Part shown: positions 12,918 through 24,581 of the stretch, in pieces
How the letters are laid out: the number at the start of each line of letters is the position of its first letter
Numbering within the stretch: position 1 is the first letter of the stretch
DNA from: Halocafeteria seosinensis
Taxonomy: Eukaryota
DNA: 64,000 nucleotides
NCBI GenBank assembly: GCA_001687465.1
Contig: LVLI01000295.1
Span: 124,001-188,000, forward strand
Reading direction: 5' to 3'
Position numbers and translations under genes: made by a program
Notes under the pieces: model-generated
Told to the model about the DNA's origin: nothing
The model's input: only the letters and a program-made list of their open reading frames with translations
Databases searched by the model: none

Positions 12918-14555
12918 ATGGAGCCGTATTATGCTATGGAACAGGAGCACCCTTATGGTGTTCAACCTCTGGGGAACGCATACAATGCTGATACAGATGC
13001 GTTGAACAGTCGCGCGTCAGGGTTGGGTCCCTTATTACACCATGCTTTCTCAGACTTGCAATTATTGGAGTTTTTAGAGTACTTGGATGGTCCCGACTTG
13101 GCGCGGCTCAGTCGGTGTAGTCAAGTGTTGTACGCGTTTTGCCACCACAACGACTTGTGGAAGCAGCTCTTCTTTAAGGAGTGGGATGATACAGATTTCG
13201 AGTTCGTGGATTGTTGGAAAGTTAGCTACATTAGGAAGAGAATCACGAAACGCGCGAAACAACAGGGCAAGGACAGGAGGATTCCTCTAGACAGTATACG
13301 GCACACGAGAATCAAAGTTCGGAACGTGTTCAGTGACATTCTCTATCAACCCTTCCTTTGTGCTACAATGCCCATTCAAGAAGAGTGGCTAAATAATGGG
13401 GAAGATATCCCAAGAGTTTCAGCAAAAACATTAACAGTGGAGGAGTTCCGAACCCGCTTCGAAATTCCCAATAGACCAGTGATTATCACAGACCTGGTTA
13501 CACAATGGCCTGCGTATAGGAAGTGGAATCGATCTTATTTTTTGAAGCACTATAGTGAAACAATATTTTCATGTGGGCATTTCAATTTACCATTAAAGAA
13601 GTACTTCGAGTATAGCGATGCGACGGAAAAAGGTGCTGATGACCAGCCTCTGTATCTATTTGATAAGTTGTTTCCACGGAAGGATAGAGCTCCCGGTTTA
13701 TCGCAGGATTACACTGTACCGGAGTACTTCTCAGAGGATCTATTTGGAGTGCTTGGAACAGCAGCTGGGGATGCAGACCCCGACGATGTTGCCAACGAAA
13801 GTATTGAATTTCGCCCTGATTACAGGTGGCTCATTATTGGGCCAGCAAAGAGTGGTTCAGTTTTTCATATCGATCCAAATGCCACTAGTGCGTGGAATGG
13901 AGTGCTCCGTGGAAGTAAGCGATGGATCCTGTATCCGCCCAGTTATACAGCGCCTCCTGGAGTGCATGTGAGTAGTGATGGGGCAGATGTCGCCACCCCT
14001 ATGGCTATTACAGAGTGGTATGCGTCGTTCTTTGAGACTCACCAAAAAATGAAGAGGAAGTCCATCTCTGATGAAGGACCAATGGAAGCAACTGTAAAAG
14101 AGGGCGAACTCTTGTTTATCCCTCATCATTGGTTTCATCAGGCGCTCAACTTAGAGCGAGATACAGTGGCGCTGACTCAGAATTACGTCTCATCAGTAAA
14201 CCTTCCTACAGTGATGGACTTCCTCAAGGATAAACCGGATCAAGTCTCGGGTTTGCCAAACGAAGAAGATGGTCAGCACTTGTACAGCCGTTTTAGAGAC
14301 CGACTAAGGCAACAGTGTCCCGAAGTATTTAAATCGTTGCTTGATCGGCAACAGGATCGAGCAGATGCAGCCCAGAAATCTCGAGAGCGTAAAGGAATCG
14401 TAAAGAGCAGCAACTGGAAAGCTCTAGTCTACGGAGATGACTCTGTAGACCGTCATTGCCGACCTGATCAAGCGTGGAATGGAACTTGTGATACAAAGAA
14501 GCAAAAGACAGAAAAGAATACGGCTTCCAGTTTTTCATTTAATTTCAATTTATGA
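12918..14555 (+). CDS. F-box + JmjC domain oxygenase (JMJD6-like)
   Basis: Intronless, 545 aa. F-box-like 'LLEFLEYLDGPDLARLSRCS'; JmjC 'RPDYRWLIIGPAKSGSVFHIDPNATSAWN' and 'WFHQALN' (HxD...H triad). Confidence 0.9.
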   Translation: MEPYYAMEQEHPYGVQPLGNAYNADTDALNSRASGLGPLLHHAFSDLQLLEFLEYLDGPDLARLSRCSQVLYAFCHHNDLWKQLFFKEWDDTDFEFVDCWKVSYIRKRITKRAKQQGKDRRIPLDSIRHTRIKVRNVFSDILYQPFLCATMPIQEEWLNNGEDIPRVSAKTLTVEEFRTRFEIPNRPVIITDLVTQWPAYRKWNRSYFLKHYSETIFSCGHFNLPLKKYFEYSDATEKGADDQPLYLFDKLFPRKDRAPGLSQDYTVPEYFSEDLFGVLGTAAGDADPDDVANESIEFRPDYRWLIIGPAKSGSVFHIDPNATSAWNGVLRGSKRWILYPPSYTAPPGVHVSSDGADVATPMAITEWYASFFETHQKMKRKSISDEGPMEATVKEGELLFIPHHWFHQALNLERDTVALTQNYVSSVNLPTVMDFLKDKPDQVSGLPNEEDGQHLYSRFRDRLRQQCPEVFKSLLDRQQDRADAAQKSRERKGIVKSSNWKALVYGDDSVDRHCRPDQAWNGTCDTKKQKTEKNTASSFSFNFNL

Positions 14556-14635
14556 GTGGTTGGGTTTTCTAAGGAACTGACATTAAGTGAACACACGCTA
14601 AACTAGCTGACGCAAAACCACTAACCGAATAGGGC

Positions 14636-16846
14636 TTATCGTCGCCCGAAGCCACGTCCACCTCCTCTTCCTCTACCTCGTCCTCCTCCGCGTCCTCCAC
14701 CACCGCGTCCGCGCCCTCCTCCAAACTGCTCCCTGTTGTTTGAGGAAGGTTTTGGTTTCAATTGTGCCAATTCTGTAGCAAAGGATAATCGACTATTTGG
14801 TCCTTGAATTGCCTGCTTGACCTGTTTCACATGTGTCTTCAGAATATCAAAGTAAGCTTCCATGCTATCGGCAGACATGCACATTCCTTTAATTTCGTTA
14901 ACAACTGACTCAGGAAGGTCCCGTTTCACAGCATTCCATGCGAACCCGAGATTCCGCATCTCAATAGGTGATTTGAAAACGCAGGTAACGAAATTGTCAC
15001 TGGAGTTCAGTAGAGATCGGCTACCCATGGAGCTAGTATAGCCGCTGATGACCGCAAGTGCACGGGCTAGGGCTTCCTGAGGCTCGTATTTGTCGAGGCA
15101 GTTCTTTGCGGATTCTTCGAACAAGTGCTTTGCTTCATCTTCCACGGCACTTAGTTTGTCAACAGTCTCGGCTGCTGCTGCTTTTACAAGGTCTGCTGGC
15201 TGGGGTCTACCGATTCTGGTAAACGTAGTTCCCGTCTGCTTTTCAATGTCTGTGAGCAGGCTTTCTTGAGAGGGTGTAAATAAAGTAATACATGTCCCCT
15301 TTCGTCCAGCTCGGCCAGTACGTCCTGACCTGTGGACGTACGTATCCACATCTGCTTTGCCCGAAAAGTTACCGCGAGGGGGTTTGGTTTGGACTACCAA
15401 ATCTACTCCTTTGATATCCAGTCCTCTGGCGGCAACATCCGTAGCGACCAGACACTTAACGTCTCCATTACGGAAGGCCTGAAGGGTAATCTCTCTTTGG
15501 CTCTGAGCAATATCTCCGTGAAGAGCCGCAGCGTCTACCTTGAGATTCTGGTCTACAACGAGTTCATTCGCTTCCTTCTTTGTTTCTGTGAATATTATAG
15601 TTCTCCCGGAACTGCCACCGTAATACCTTATCAAGTCTCCTACGATTTGAGCTCGTTGCTGCCAATGGCTCTGTAATATGAAGTGTTGGACATCCGTTGA
15701 AGCTTGCTGATCGCCTTCCTTGACCAAGTCAACTACTTTCGGTTTGTACATGTATTTCCTTGATACGTCATTCACCCACTTAGGCAATGTCGCACTAAAG
15801 AGTATCGTCTGCACGCTTTTGGACTTTCCAAAAGACTCAATTTTTGCTCTATCACTGTGGGCTATCGCCGAAGATAGACTATCCAAATCTGGCACGTATC
15901 TCAGAATCTGATCCACATCATCCGCGAAACCCATATCAAGCATTTGGTCTGCCTCGTCCAGCACGACGAACTGAACCTGATTTAATTGGAGAGTACCTTG
16001 CTGAAGATGATCGATAACTCTGCCCGGTGTGCCAATGACAATGTCGACACCTTGCTTCAGTGTTTGAGTTTGCTGATAAATCGGAACACCTCCGTACACT
16101 ACCAGGGAAGAGAGTTCCTTTGTAGTTTCCTCGAAATCCCTTGCTACTTGTTTTGCCAGTTCACGCGTAGGAGTCAAAACAACAGCAACAGGTGGTCTAC
16201 CTCTTGTTTTCCTCACGCCCCCAGCTAATACTTTTTCGATGATAGGAAGTGCAAAGGCCAGAGTTTTGCCCATCCCGGTGCGTGCTCTCCCCATGAGGTC
16301 ACAGCCTTCCATGAGAGGAGTGAACGTCTGACACTGAATGGGAAAGAGTTTGTCGATTCCCCGAGTGCGAAGATTCGACAAAGTGGATTCTGATAGATCG
16401 AAGTTCTCAATCGGTTGATGAGACATATCCACTGGGCCATCATCATTTTCCACCTGTCCGTTGGCTGCCGAGGTGTCAGTGCCCATGGCAGCCGGTGAGT
16501 GGATGACGCAGCCGTCCTCTACTGACACTCCATTAGTCTTAGCAGCGGATGCAGGGGCCTCCGTTTTTGCGCGTTTCACGCTTTTGCCTGAACTGCTGAT
16601 CTTAGCCTTGTTTTCTTCCTCAGAAGGATTGCTTTCAGACGAGACGGATTTTACATCCGAGGGTTCACCCCCTTCTCGCTTGCGTTTGGATTTCTTGCCG
16701 CTACTGCTACTTCCATCTGCCTTCTTGGCTGCCTGTTTACGTTCTTTCTTGGCCTGTTTCCTCGCCTTGCGCTCAGCTTTCGTCTCAGAAACAGACTCGG
16801 CAGGGCGCTCTTCCTCCACGGGCGGACTAGTTGTCTCAACAGTCAT
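14636..16846 (-). CDS. DDX21: Nucleolar DEAD-box RNA helicase DDX21/RH7 with GUCT domain and RGG tail
   Basis: Intronless, 736 aa. Q motif 'LFPIQ', 'ARTGMGKT', PTRELA, 'DEAD', SAT, 'HRSGRTGRAG', 'RSLL' GUCT start, RGG C-terminus. Confidence 0.93.
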   Translation of the reverse strand: MTVETTSPPVEEERPAESVSETKAERKARKQAKKERKQAAKKADGSSSSGKKSKRKREGGEPSDVKSVSSESNPSEEENKAKISSSGKSVKRAKTEAPASAAKTNGVSVEDGCVIHSPAAMGTDTSAANGQVENDDGPVDMSHQPIENFDLSESTLSNLRTRGIDKLFPIQCQTFTPLMEGCDLMGRARTGMGKTLAFALPIIEKVLAGGVRKTRGRPPVAVVLTPTRELAKQVARDFEETTKELSSLVVYGGVPIYQQTQTLKQGVDIVIGTPGRVIDHLQQGTLQLNQVQFVVLDEADQMLDMGFADDVDQILRYVPDLDSLSSAIAHSDRAKIESFGKSKSVQTILFSATLPKWVNDVSRKYMYKPKVVDLVKEGDQQASTDVQHFILQSHWQQRAQIVGDLIRYYGGSSGRTIIFTETKKEANELVVDQNLKVDAAALHGDIAQSQREITLQAFRNGDVKCLVATDVAARGLDIKGVDLVVQTKPPRGNFSGKADVDTYVHRSGRTGRAGRKGTCITLFTPSQESLLTDIEKQTGTTFTRIGRPQPADLVKAAAAETVDKLSAVEDEAKHLFEESAKNCLDKYEPQEALARALAVISGYTSSMGSRSLLNSSDNFVTCVFKSPIEMRNLGFAWNAVKRDLPESVVNEIKGMCMSADSMEAYFDILKTHVKQVKQAIQGPNSRLSFATELAQLKPKPSSNNREQFGGGRGRGGGGRGGGRGRGRGGGRGFGRR

Positions 16847-17414
16847 CGTTCAAAATGTGGGGTTATTATAGCTGTGTCAAATAAATCCAAATGATTGCAA
16901 TAAATAATATTGCCTTCTTAGTATGTTTTTCTTTTTAGAGTACCGAAAGTAATGCTTAAATAACCAATACAGCCTTCTAAACACTTAATGAGTCGAGCGG
17001 GAGTCAGTCAACTTCAAGGTGAGAACACAACCTGTGACGTCAACTTCAACCATGGCGAAAACTGGAATCCAGTGTTGGACACACTTTACTGTTGGGGCGT
17101 CAGAAGCAGAATCTAGTTTTTCGCATTAGATCTTCATATTTTCATTGAATTGAAATGACGTGATTAAAGAGGCATTTCTTGAAGATAAAATGCTGCATAC
17201 GTAATGGTATCTGAACAGCGTGCATACGATCGGGGTTAACCAAAAACAGGCTGAATGCCGAAAGTTCAACGAGAGTCCTCGAGTTCTCAATGGTACGAAG
17301 AGTGAACAATTGTCACAAAAGAACCATGGCAAGCTTCAGCAGTAATCGCAAAGTACACAGCAGAAGGCAACTGACATTCGTGAAAACGGACGTACTGTTG
17401 GAGTAGACCATGTT

Positions 17415-18314
17415 CTAACAATAGCGAACCAAATTTTTCATTTGGTCAGGCTGTACCACGAAACCGGAAGAAGTCTTGTGACCTCCGCCGCCGTAGCGTT
17501 TTGCGAGAACAGAGACATCCACATCACCGTCTTTTCTGCTCCGGATAGACACGCGTATAGTTCCTCGAGTTGGCTTAAAGTGGAAAATCAGTGCCAAATC
17601 GTACTCCTTGTGTTGAGTGAGCAAGTAGTCGGCAAATTCCGAACGAAGATCTCCAAAAGGACATTCTGCTAAGACAGCAATATGTCCCTCAAAATACACC
17701 CGTTGCTTGAGCGTCTCCAGTCTTTCAAAGAGAGCCCGCGTTTCCGCGAGTTGACGACGGCCGGCGTCTTCTACGTCGGATAGCGCGATATCTCCATTGT
17801 ATAACTTGCCTATTGATTCACTTTTTGGGTCTGCGAAGACTTCCAATTTAGCAAAGCCGGCATTGATTTCCGCGCTCTGCGGTAAACGCCATTGCCAAAG
17901 GTCCCTATCGGCCACATAGTCGAGGAACCAAGGTCGAGGTTGGTCTGGGAAAAAATAATCCCATGTTATCTGGCAACCTGCTCTTTCCATGTCAAATACT
18001 CCGTCTACTACCGAGCCCATGATCGAAGCCAACTGGTCTCGGGCGGTAAGGTGATGGTCCAGGAGTACCACTTTGCATTGACGAGCCAATTGTTCAAGAT
18101 GCGGTTTCGGGAATGAGAAATCCACAATATACACATATCGCGGCTTTTTGCGCATGATGTCATCTTTGGCAACTTCTTCGCCTCCATAGTAGCAAGGTAA
18201 CAACTCGTAGCTCTGATGTTTCTCCTTGAGATAGCGTCCGCAGGCCCATGCCGAGACAACGCCATCCGCACATTTATCATGGTATACCACAAGATCCATC
18301 ACTCTTGTGTGCAT
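17415..18314 (-). CDS. DHH/DHHA1 family phosphoesterase (nanoRNase/cyclic-dinucleotide PDE-like)
   Basis: Intronless CDS; 'YHDKCADG', 'IVDFSF', 'LLDHH', 'ADRDLW', 'VSIRS', 'YGGGGH'; first ATG at 18314. Confidence 0.88.
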   Translation of the reverse strand: MHTRVMDLVVYHDKCADGVVSAWACGRYLKEKHQSYELLPCYYGGEEVAKDDIMRKKPRYVYIVDFSFPKPHLEQLARQCKVVLLDHHLTARDQLASIMGSVVDGVFDMERAGCQITWDYFFPDQPRPWFLDYVADRDLWQWRLPQSAEINAGFAKLEVFADPKSESIGKLYNGDIALSDVEDAGRRQLAETRALFERLETLKQRVYFEGHIAVLAECPFGDLRSEFADYLLTQHKEYDLALIFHFKPTRGTIRVSIRSRKDGDVDVSVLAKRYGGGGHKTSSGFVVQPDQMKNLVRYC

Positions 18315-18703
18315 ATCCGCCTTGTATTGGCCAGCTGAACAAAATGTGAAAAAAAAACAAACAACTCTCTGAGCACGGCAAATGGGTGCTGCCACTAAAC
18401 TTTTTTGAATTTATACGTGCGTTGTGAACTTGGTCACTGACTGGCAGTCAGCATTGGGGCATAGCTCTAACAACAGGCACGTGAATTTACCAGTGCATCG
18501 TTTGAAGGTAAAATGAGGACGCTTCTCTTCCCTAACTGACATTAGTAACTGTGACCTTGAAAAGTTTTCGTTTGAGCGGGCACGAGTCACTAGCCGCGCA
18601 TAATGCCTAGCGCTGCTGACATACGCTACAGAAGGTGGCGTTCTCTATCTGTTATATTTGTGTCGATAGACCTTATTCTATGACAAGACCCAACACCTTC
18701 TAT

Positions 18704-20467
18704 TTATTTTCGCCTCCGATTCCATACATAGGCAGCTGTGGCTATTCCTCCTAGGGCTAGGGTTCCCCAGAGCCATTTGTTAGACAATATGCTGCCAGAC
18801 TCTTGATCTTCTTCCTTAGAGCATTCCATCTGATCATTTTGATCATCATCATCATTCACATCATCACCTGGCCAATATGTCTCCTGGTGTTCTTTTTGGG
18901 TATCAGGCCCTTGTTGAGACTGTACAATACTGTCCCAGTCCGGGGAGGATGAGCGAGCTAGAGGATTGGACGAGGGAGCCTCCGTTTTCGATTGCGAATT
19001 CTCATTCCGTGGTCTTTGGTCTTCTTCCGCAGAGCTTTCTTTCGCAGCCTTTTCAAACGCAGCACCCCACATTTTCTTCCCTTTCTGGTTTTCTTTCTTC
19101 AGGTCAGCAGCAACCCGCTGGCGCAGTTCTCGAGCCGCTTTTTGGGAAGCGAGGGACTCATGCTTAAGATCCTGTAGAGCCTCTTTGTATTGTCGTAGGC
19201 CATATAACGCTTTCGCGCGTCTGCGTATTTCCAGACCACTTAGTGAAACCGATATGTATATGAGCGATTCCGTGACTACATGCGTACCTAAACAGAAGTT
19301 TGGATTTCGATCCCACTCGATCACTTGAATCGATCTGTAACGCTAGGTTACATGCTTGGAGAGCATCTTCATGCCGGGCAGGGTTCATTTGCAAACAAGC
19401 TTGGGCCCTGTTGGAAAAGCAAGTTATCAGAATCTGGCGCAGCGCGTTCTTCTGGGATTCTTTCAAGTTGTTCATCGGCGCCATCTGCACTGTTTGAATA
19501 GCTCGAGCGTAGTGCTGTGTCGCTTCTTCGAATTGTTTGGCTTTGAACTTCGCGTTCCCCTGCTCTTTGAGAACGCCTGCTTCTTGGATACCTTCATTAA
19601 AGGTGATCGCTACGCGCCCTTTGACATCCGTATGCTGTAGCAAAATAGCCATACCAACGATAGCAATCGGGCCTTGGCGTCAGCTAATTTCAGATTCACA
19701 ACTTACGGTAAGAAAAGCTCGAGGATGTACCCCATTAGCCATATACCATTCGTTTAGCTTTACTTTATAAATCTTTGTATCGTCAGTCAACCTGCAGTAA
19801 GTCAAAGAAGCACAGTTTCCAAGAGTTCTACAGTACAGATGTGGGAGAGAACCCAGACATACCGTAAAGCCTGCACAACCCCCTTTCCGTATGGAGTTTG
19901 TACTTTATCACCTTTGGAAAATCTCGAAGGTTTTCCAACAGTTTGCGGATGCAAAAATCCCTTTCCAAAAGGGAAATCAACTAACACTGTCGTCCCGTCC
20001 TCGTTCTCTCTGTATTTCAAATTGCAAATAAGGAAACCAACACATCACCCCACTCTTAGTCTAGGGGTAACATACCTGACATCCGTTACCGTGGCATATC
20101 CATAAGGGGTTTTGAACCTCATTTTCTGTTGATTACCTTGGACTTGCTTCTGTAATGTCCGTAATTCCACTGGTTTCCATTGCGGATCATGTTCTTCTTG
20201 CACTTCCTCCTCTCCAGGAGGGGTTGCATCACCATTGCTTTCGTCCGTCGTCGCGAAACTATCGTCCAGTTCATTTTCCTTATTCCTTGAATCGGGCGAC
20301 TCTGTGCTACCGTTGCCATTTTGAGCCGCATAGTGCCCCTTTGTGGGAGTTGACGGCTTTTGTTGAGGTAGCGCTTCCTCCTCAGTGCTGGCACTCATCG
20401 GCGTAGGGTTATTTCCATTCATATTTTCCATTTCCTTTCCTCCAGCGGTTTTCTGGTTCCAACTCAT
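18704..20467 (-). CDS. Tail-anchored TPR (carboxylate-clamp) co-chaperone-like protein
   Basis: 'LKEQGNAKFKAKQFEEATQHYARAI', 'CFSNRAQACL', 'RRAKALYGL'; C-terminal TM 'WLWGTLALGGIATAAYVW' followed by RRRK; multi-exon. Confidence 0.8.
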
Positions 20468-20789
20468 GCGCAACTATCTAGGCACCTAAAACGTCAAAAA
20501 TGACCACGATTCACCTCTTATGCGGCGTCGTAAGCTCCGAAGAAAGGTGTCAGAACTCGCGGCTTCGAAGTTGTCAGAAAAGATTGTACGGTAGGGACCG
20601 GCGTAAATCCATCCGGGCGCTCCGCCCGGAAGATACCTTCCTTCTATTTGTTTCCTCATTATTGGCTATACAGCGAGGGTTTCTACGTCAGAAAACCCCT
20701 GTATTTAGGTGGATTTTTCTTTGTTTTCGCCTAGGGAAACGATATAGCCTCTTGCTTGTCGCTGTGCGTGTATATATCGGAGCAAAACA

Positions 20790-22306
20790 ATGGTGGACGT
20801 AGCCACCGCGTTAGGTAAGAGACACCCGCAACGCCCTGATTAGCGCCTTTCAACCGCTGACAGCGTGAGCATTATGGTTGCAAAGAGATGATGTCTGTAT
20901 CAATATTGGTTTCTTTATGGAATGTGCTTTGCAGGGACCTTCTTTGGCCTCTATTTCGGTATTCCGGCCGTCGTAAGTTGCCCTCACTTCCTCGTATCTC
21001 TCTCTTACAGCCATATTGATGTTCATTATGCTTTCTCACCCTTGTGCAGCTTCTTGTCATATATTTGTTACGCCGTATTCGTATCGTGGAGCAAGGGACA
21101 GCTATGATCGTGGAAAGGTGCGTGAGGTGTGGTACCAGCAGGGAAGGAGTGTAGGTCCTGCAACTGTCACTTTGCTGCTGCAGATGGGGAAAATTCCATC
21201 GTAGATGCGATCCAGGCCTCCATTTTCTTGTTCCATTTATGGATAAGCCCCGTCAAGTTACCTGGTACGTCGATGGAATGAAGTTTACATAGTTGAGCCT
21301 CTGTCATCTCATTCTAAGGGCTCCGTTATTTTATGCTATAGGCGGGAGCTCGAACTGGAGGAAACCAAGACAATGCAGTACGATGTAATTTCTCATCGAC
21401 GTGTACGAAAACCGAACGCACACTACCAGGAGACTAAGCTCGAGCGCATTGACCTGCGAGAGAATGTGATGGACTTTGAGCCACAACCTATCATCACCCG
21501 TGATAACGTACAGCTAGAGGTGCATCCGCTATTGCTATATCGGTTGATAGACCCTGTGCGAGTAGCATACGAAACCTTCGACTTGGCACATGCCGTAGAG
21601 AAGCTTGTGCAAACGACGTGTAAGTGAACGATGGAGATACTTTGCTGAGGCATGTAGGTGCAAATTCTGATTTTCGTATGCAGTGCGCTCAATTCTTGGG
21701 GACATTGGGCTGGATGATACGTAAGTTGGCTATGGGCATTTTGCAATAAAAGAATCAACAAATTACCGTCTACTCTGGTATTTGTGGGTCCTTTGCAGGT
21801 TGGCTTCTCGTGAAGAGATCCAGCGAGGACTGGAATCCCGTATCAAAAACATATGCAGAGACTGGGGCATTGAGATTCTATCTGTGGAGATTTTAGAAAT
21901 TACCCCCACGGACTCTGTACAGCAAGCAATGCACAAACAAATTGAAGCGGAGCGTATCCGGCGCGCGGCAATCGTAACCGCAGAGGGTCAAAGAGAAAAG
22001 AAGCGGCTCGAGGCGGAAGGTTCTCAGCAGGCATCTATTACTTCTGCCTCGGGACAATACAAAGTGTCTGTGCTTCGTGCTGAGGGGACAGCAGAAGCCC
22101 GTCGTACTATATCTCGTGCCGAAGCAGAGGCCGTCAATATCGTCGCGGAGTCTTTGAAAGAATTCGGTGTTAACCCAACTCAGTATATGGTAGCTACCAA
22201 ATATGTGGAGACTTTCGAGAAAATTGGCTCACATTGCAAGAATAGAGTGGTGTATTTCCCATACGAATCAGATGTCGTGGGTGCCCTTGGTGCATTATCA
22301 CATTAG
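20790..22306 (+). CDS. SPFH/band-7 stomatin-like membrane protein
   Basis: N-terminal TM; 'RIDLRENVMDFEPQPIITRDNV', 'DWGIEILSVEILEITP..VQQAMHKQIEAERIRRAAIVTAEG'; multi-exon. Confidence 0.88.
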
Positions 22307-22787
22307 AGGGCCGTGTGTCTGGTGTGAGTACAGATCCCGCATTTCCCCGAAATTGGGCTTCGTGCTAGTGACCCACTCGTTTAGTAGTTATCCCTAATAA
22401 TGCACATATTTCTATCTCGGACACGAGACCAACGTATGGTCAGCATGGTAGATCTCATTCGTGTCTGATTCCGAGTAATACTCTATGACACAGTGGTACG
22501 TTGTGGACAATTCCGGTTTCAAATGGCAAGCGTGAAATTCAAAATTTCTTGAAGTTGCGCAGCCGATAAACGTCGAGTCGTGTACATGCACTCCAAAGTG
22601 GAGCAGTAGCTGATATTGTAGGTCTCACCGAGACGGGATCCTTTTGTAGTATTTCGGACAATCTCGATGTAGTACCCTAATGGAGTAGCTATGTAAATTA
22701 CGAGCTGCAAACATCAAAACGTGTCGTTCTGCGCCAAAAATTTGATTTTCCACCGTGTCGTTAGAAGTCTTTCCTGAACCACACGCG

Positions 22788-24581
22788 ATGTCATCGTCGC
22801 TTAGCGCCAGCGCAGTGGATACGAGCGCCCCCAGGTGTTCTAGTTCCGGGAGAAATGAGACCGAAACAAGTCGATCTGCGTCGATAACCGTCACCATCCA
22901 TGGAAGGCGGTAAGTTCCGGAAGGATCAGTCCTCCTTTGGCGGGTTCTTGCCAGGGGCGGTATAGGGGGATCCGCGCGACCGACCTTTTTTGTCGTTTTT
23001 TGCCTTAAACGGCTTCGCCTGTTGTTCATTTTGAATTACAAAGCAGCGCTCGCTGTTCGTATGTCAGTGCTCACGTTGATGCTCGAGACCCACCTGTGGA
23101 ATGACGATGTTTTGTGCAGATTCCCTGCGGAACTATTGGAAGCGAATAAGAACAGCCTGTATAAACTGTGCAGGAGATTCGTATGGGATGAACCCTCGCG
23201 AGAAGTAAGTGTTTCCCAGCACTACGCGCGATTCATGCGTTTCAGCGAAAGTCATGGTATGTCCTTTGGCTTCTAACTCTCGTTATGTGCTGTTCGACTT
23301 TCAGGAAGAGACTTTCGAACCGCTGAATCCAGCATATAAGGTAAGGGGTGGACAAATTCCATGACTTCTCGGTCGGGATTCAAATTGGTTTCTAAGGATT
23401 AACGTGCGCTTATTATCCAATCTTTTGCAGGATTTACCTAAACCAGCAGTGTCCAAAAATGAAACAGAGGACGAAGAAGTTAGTGTCGCTCAAAGACCCG
23501 AAACCCGATCCACTTCTAAGGAGGTAAGCTGAGATTGCCGCAGTCCCGCCTGTTCGACCAGGACTAGAAGTTCCGGAGCCATTCGTTGCAGAAAATTTTA
23601 GGGCAAAACGGGTATTTTTCCAAGGAGCTTTTGCTATCGAGTCATTTGAAATATTTCAAAGAACTGAGGAAATGGTTCCAAGATGCTTCTGAGATAAAAA
23701 TGGAGCGTTATAAGGACAGACTCGCGAAGATTGATGAACTGCGAGGAAAGCAAAGTTCATCTCAAAATTATAGGTCTCATCAGGCCAGTGATGGGTCGAA
23801 AGAGAAGGCCGAAAATAACGGAACGCAGTCGACTCCACCCAGATCGTCATCTAGCGAAGGAGGTCTGGAATTCCTCTCAGCTGTGGCCGCTTCACCTGCC
23901 GGCCGTACACCGGATATACATCATAAACGCCTACGCGAGGGATCTGGTTTAAGGCAGAACAATTTCCTGAATAGTTTCGGGTTTGGTGTAGGAGAGTCGG
24001 CAGAATCGCAATCGAACCAAGGTGTAGCGACACTGACTGATATGGTGTATTCTCCAAATCGTACTAGGCCTGAAGGAGGAGCAAAACGTAGGAAGCTTTC
24101 TGTTTTCTCTCCGTATTCGGGCCAGGTGGCATCATCGGCTTCCCCGTCTACAGCAGCCTTTCGAGTCTCTGCATCTTATGCATCAAGCGGTGCTTCACCT
24201 TCTGCTACCGCAGTACAGACTGCTAGCAAGATTATAGCTGATAGTACAGAGGATACTGGTATAGACGCCAACACTGCGGGGCAAACGGATGCTGCTACAT
24301 CTGAGGCGGCATCATTTCTCTCTCCTCCTCCCAAATTACGCGATAGTGAAGGTGACAAACGAGGAAGCCGCACGAATAGCGCTTCTCATGCTCTAGCGAT
24401 GTTATCTAGAGCGGGAGAAGGTGCACGGGATACGGATGAGCGCGGGTACAAAGGATCTTCTTACGGCAGCACCTTTAATACCAAGCGTAGTTTGCGAGCT
24501 GCCGATTACACAGAGGAAAGTGAAGATCCAGACCATACGCATTCTCTGTCCATTCCTCAAGTGCACCGTCGCGTTGTATGA
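22788..24581 (+). CDS. LIN37: LIN37-like MuvB/DREAM complex subunit
   Basis: Phase-consistent exons 22788-22909, 23120-23204, 23305-23340, 23431-23523 and ~23592-24581. They give 'NSLYKLCRRFVWDEP', 'DLPKP' and 'LLSSHLKYFKELRKWFQDASEIKMERYKDRL', matching the two LIN37 conserved blocks. Confidence 0.65.
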
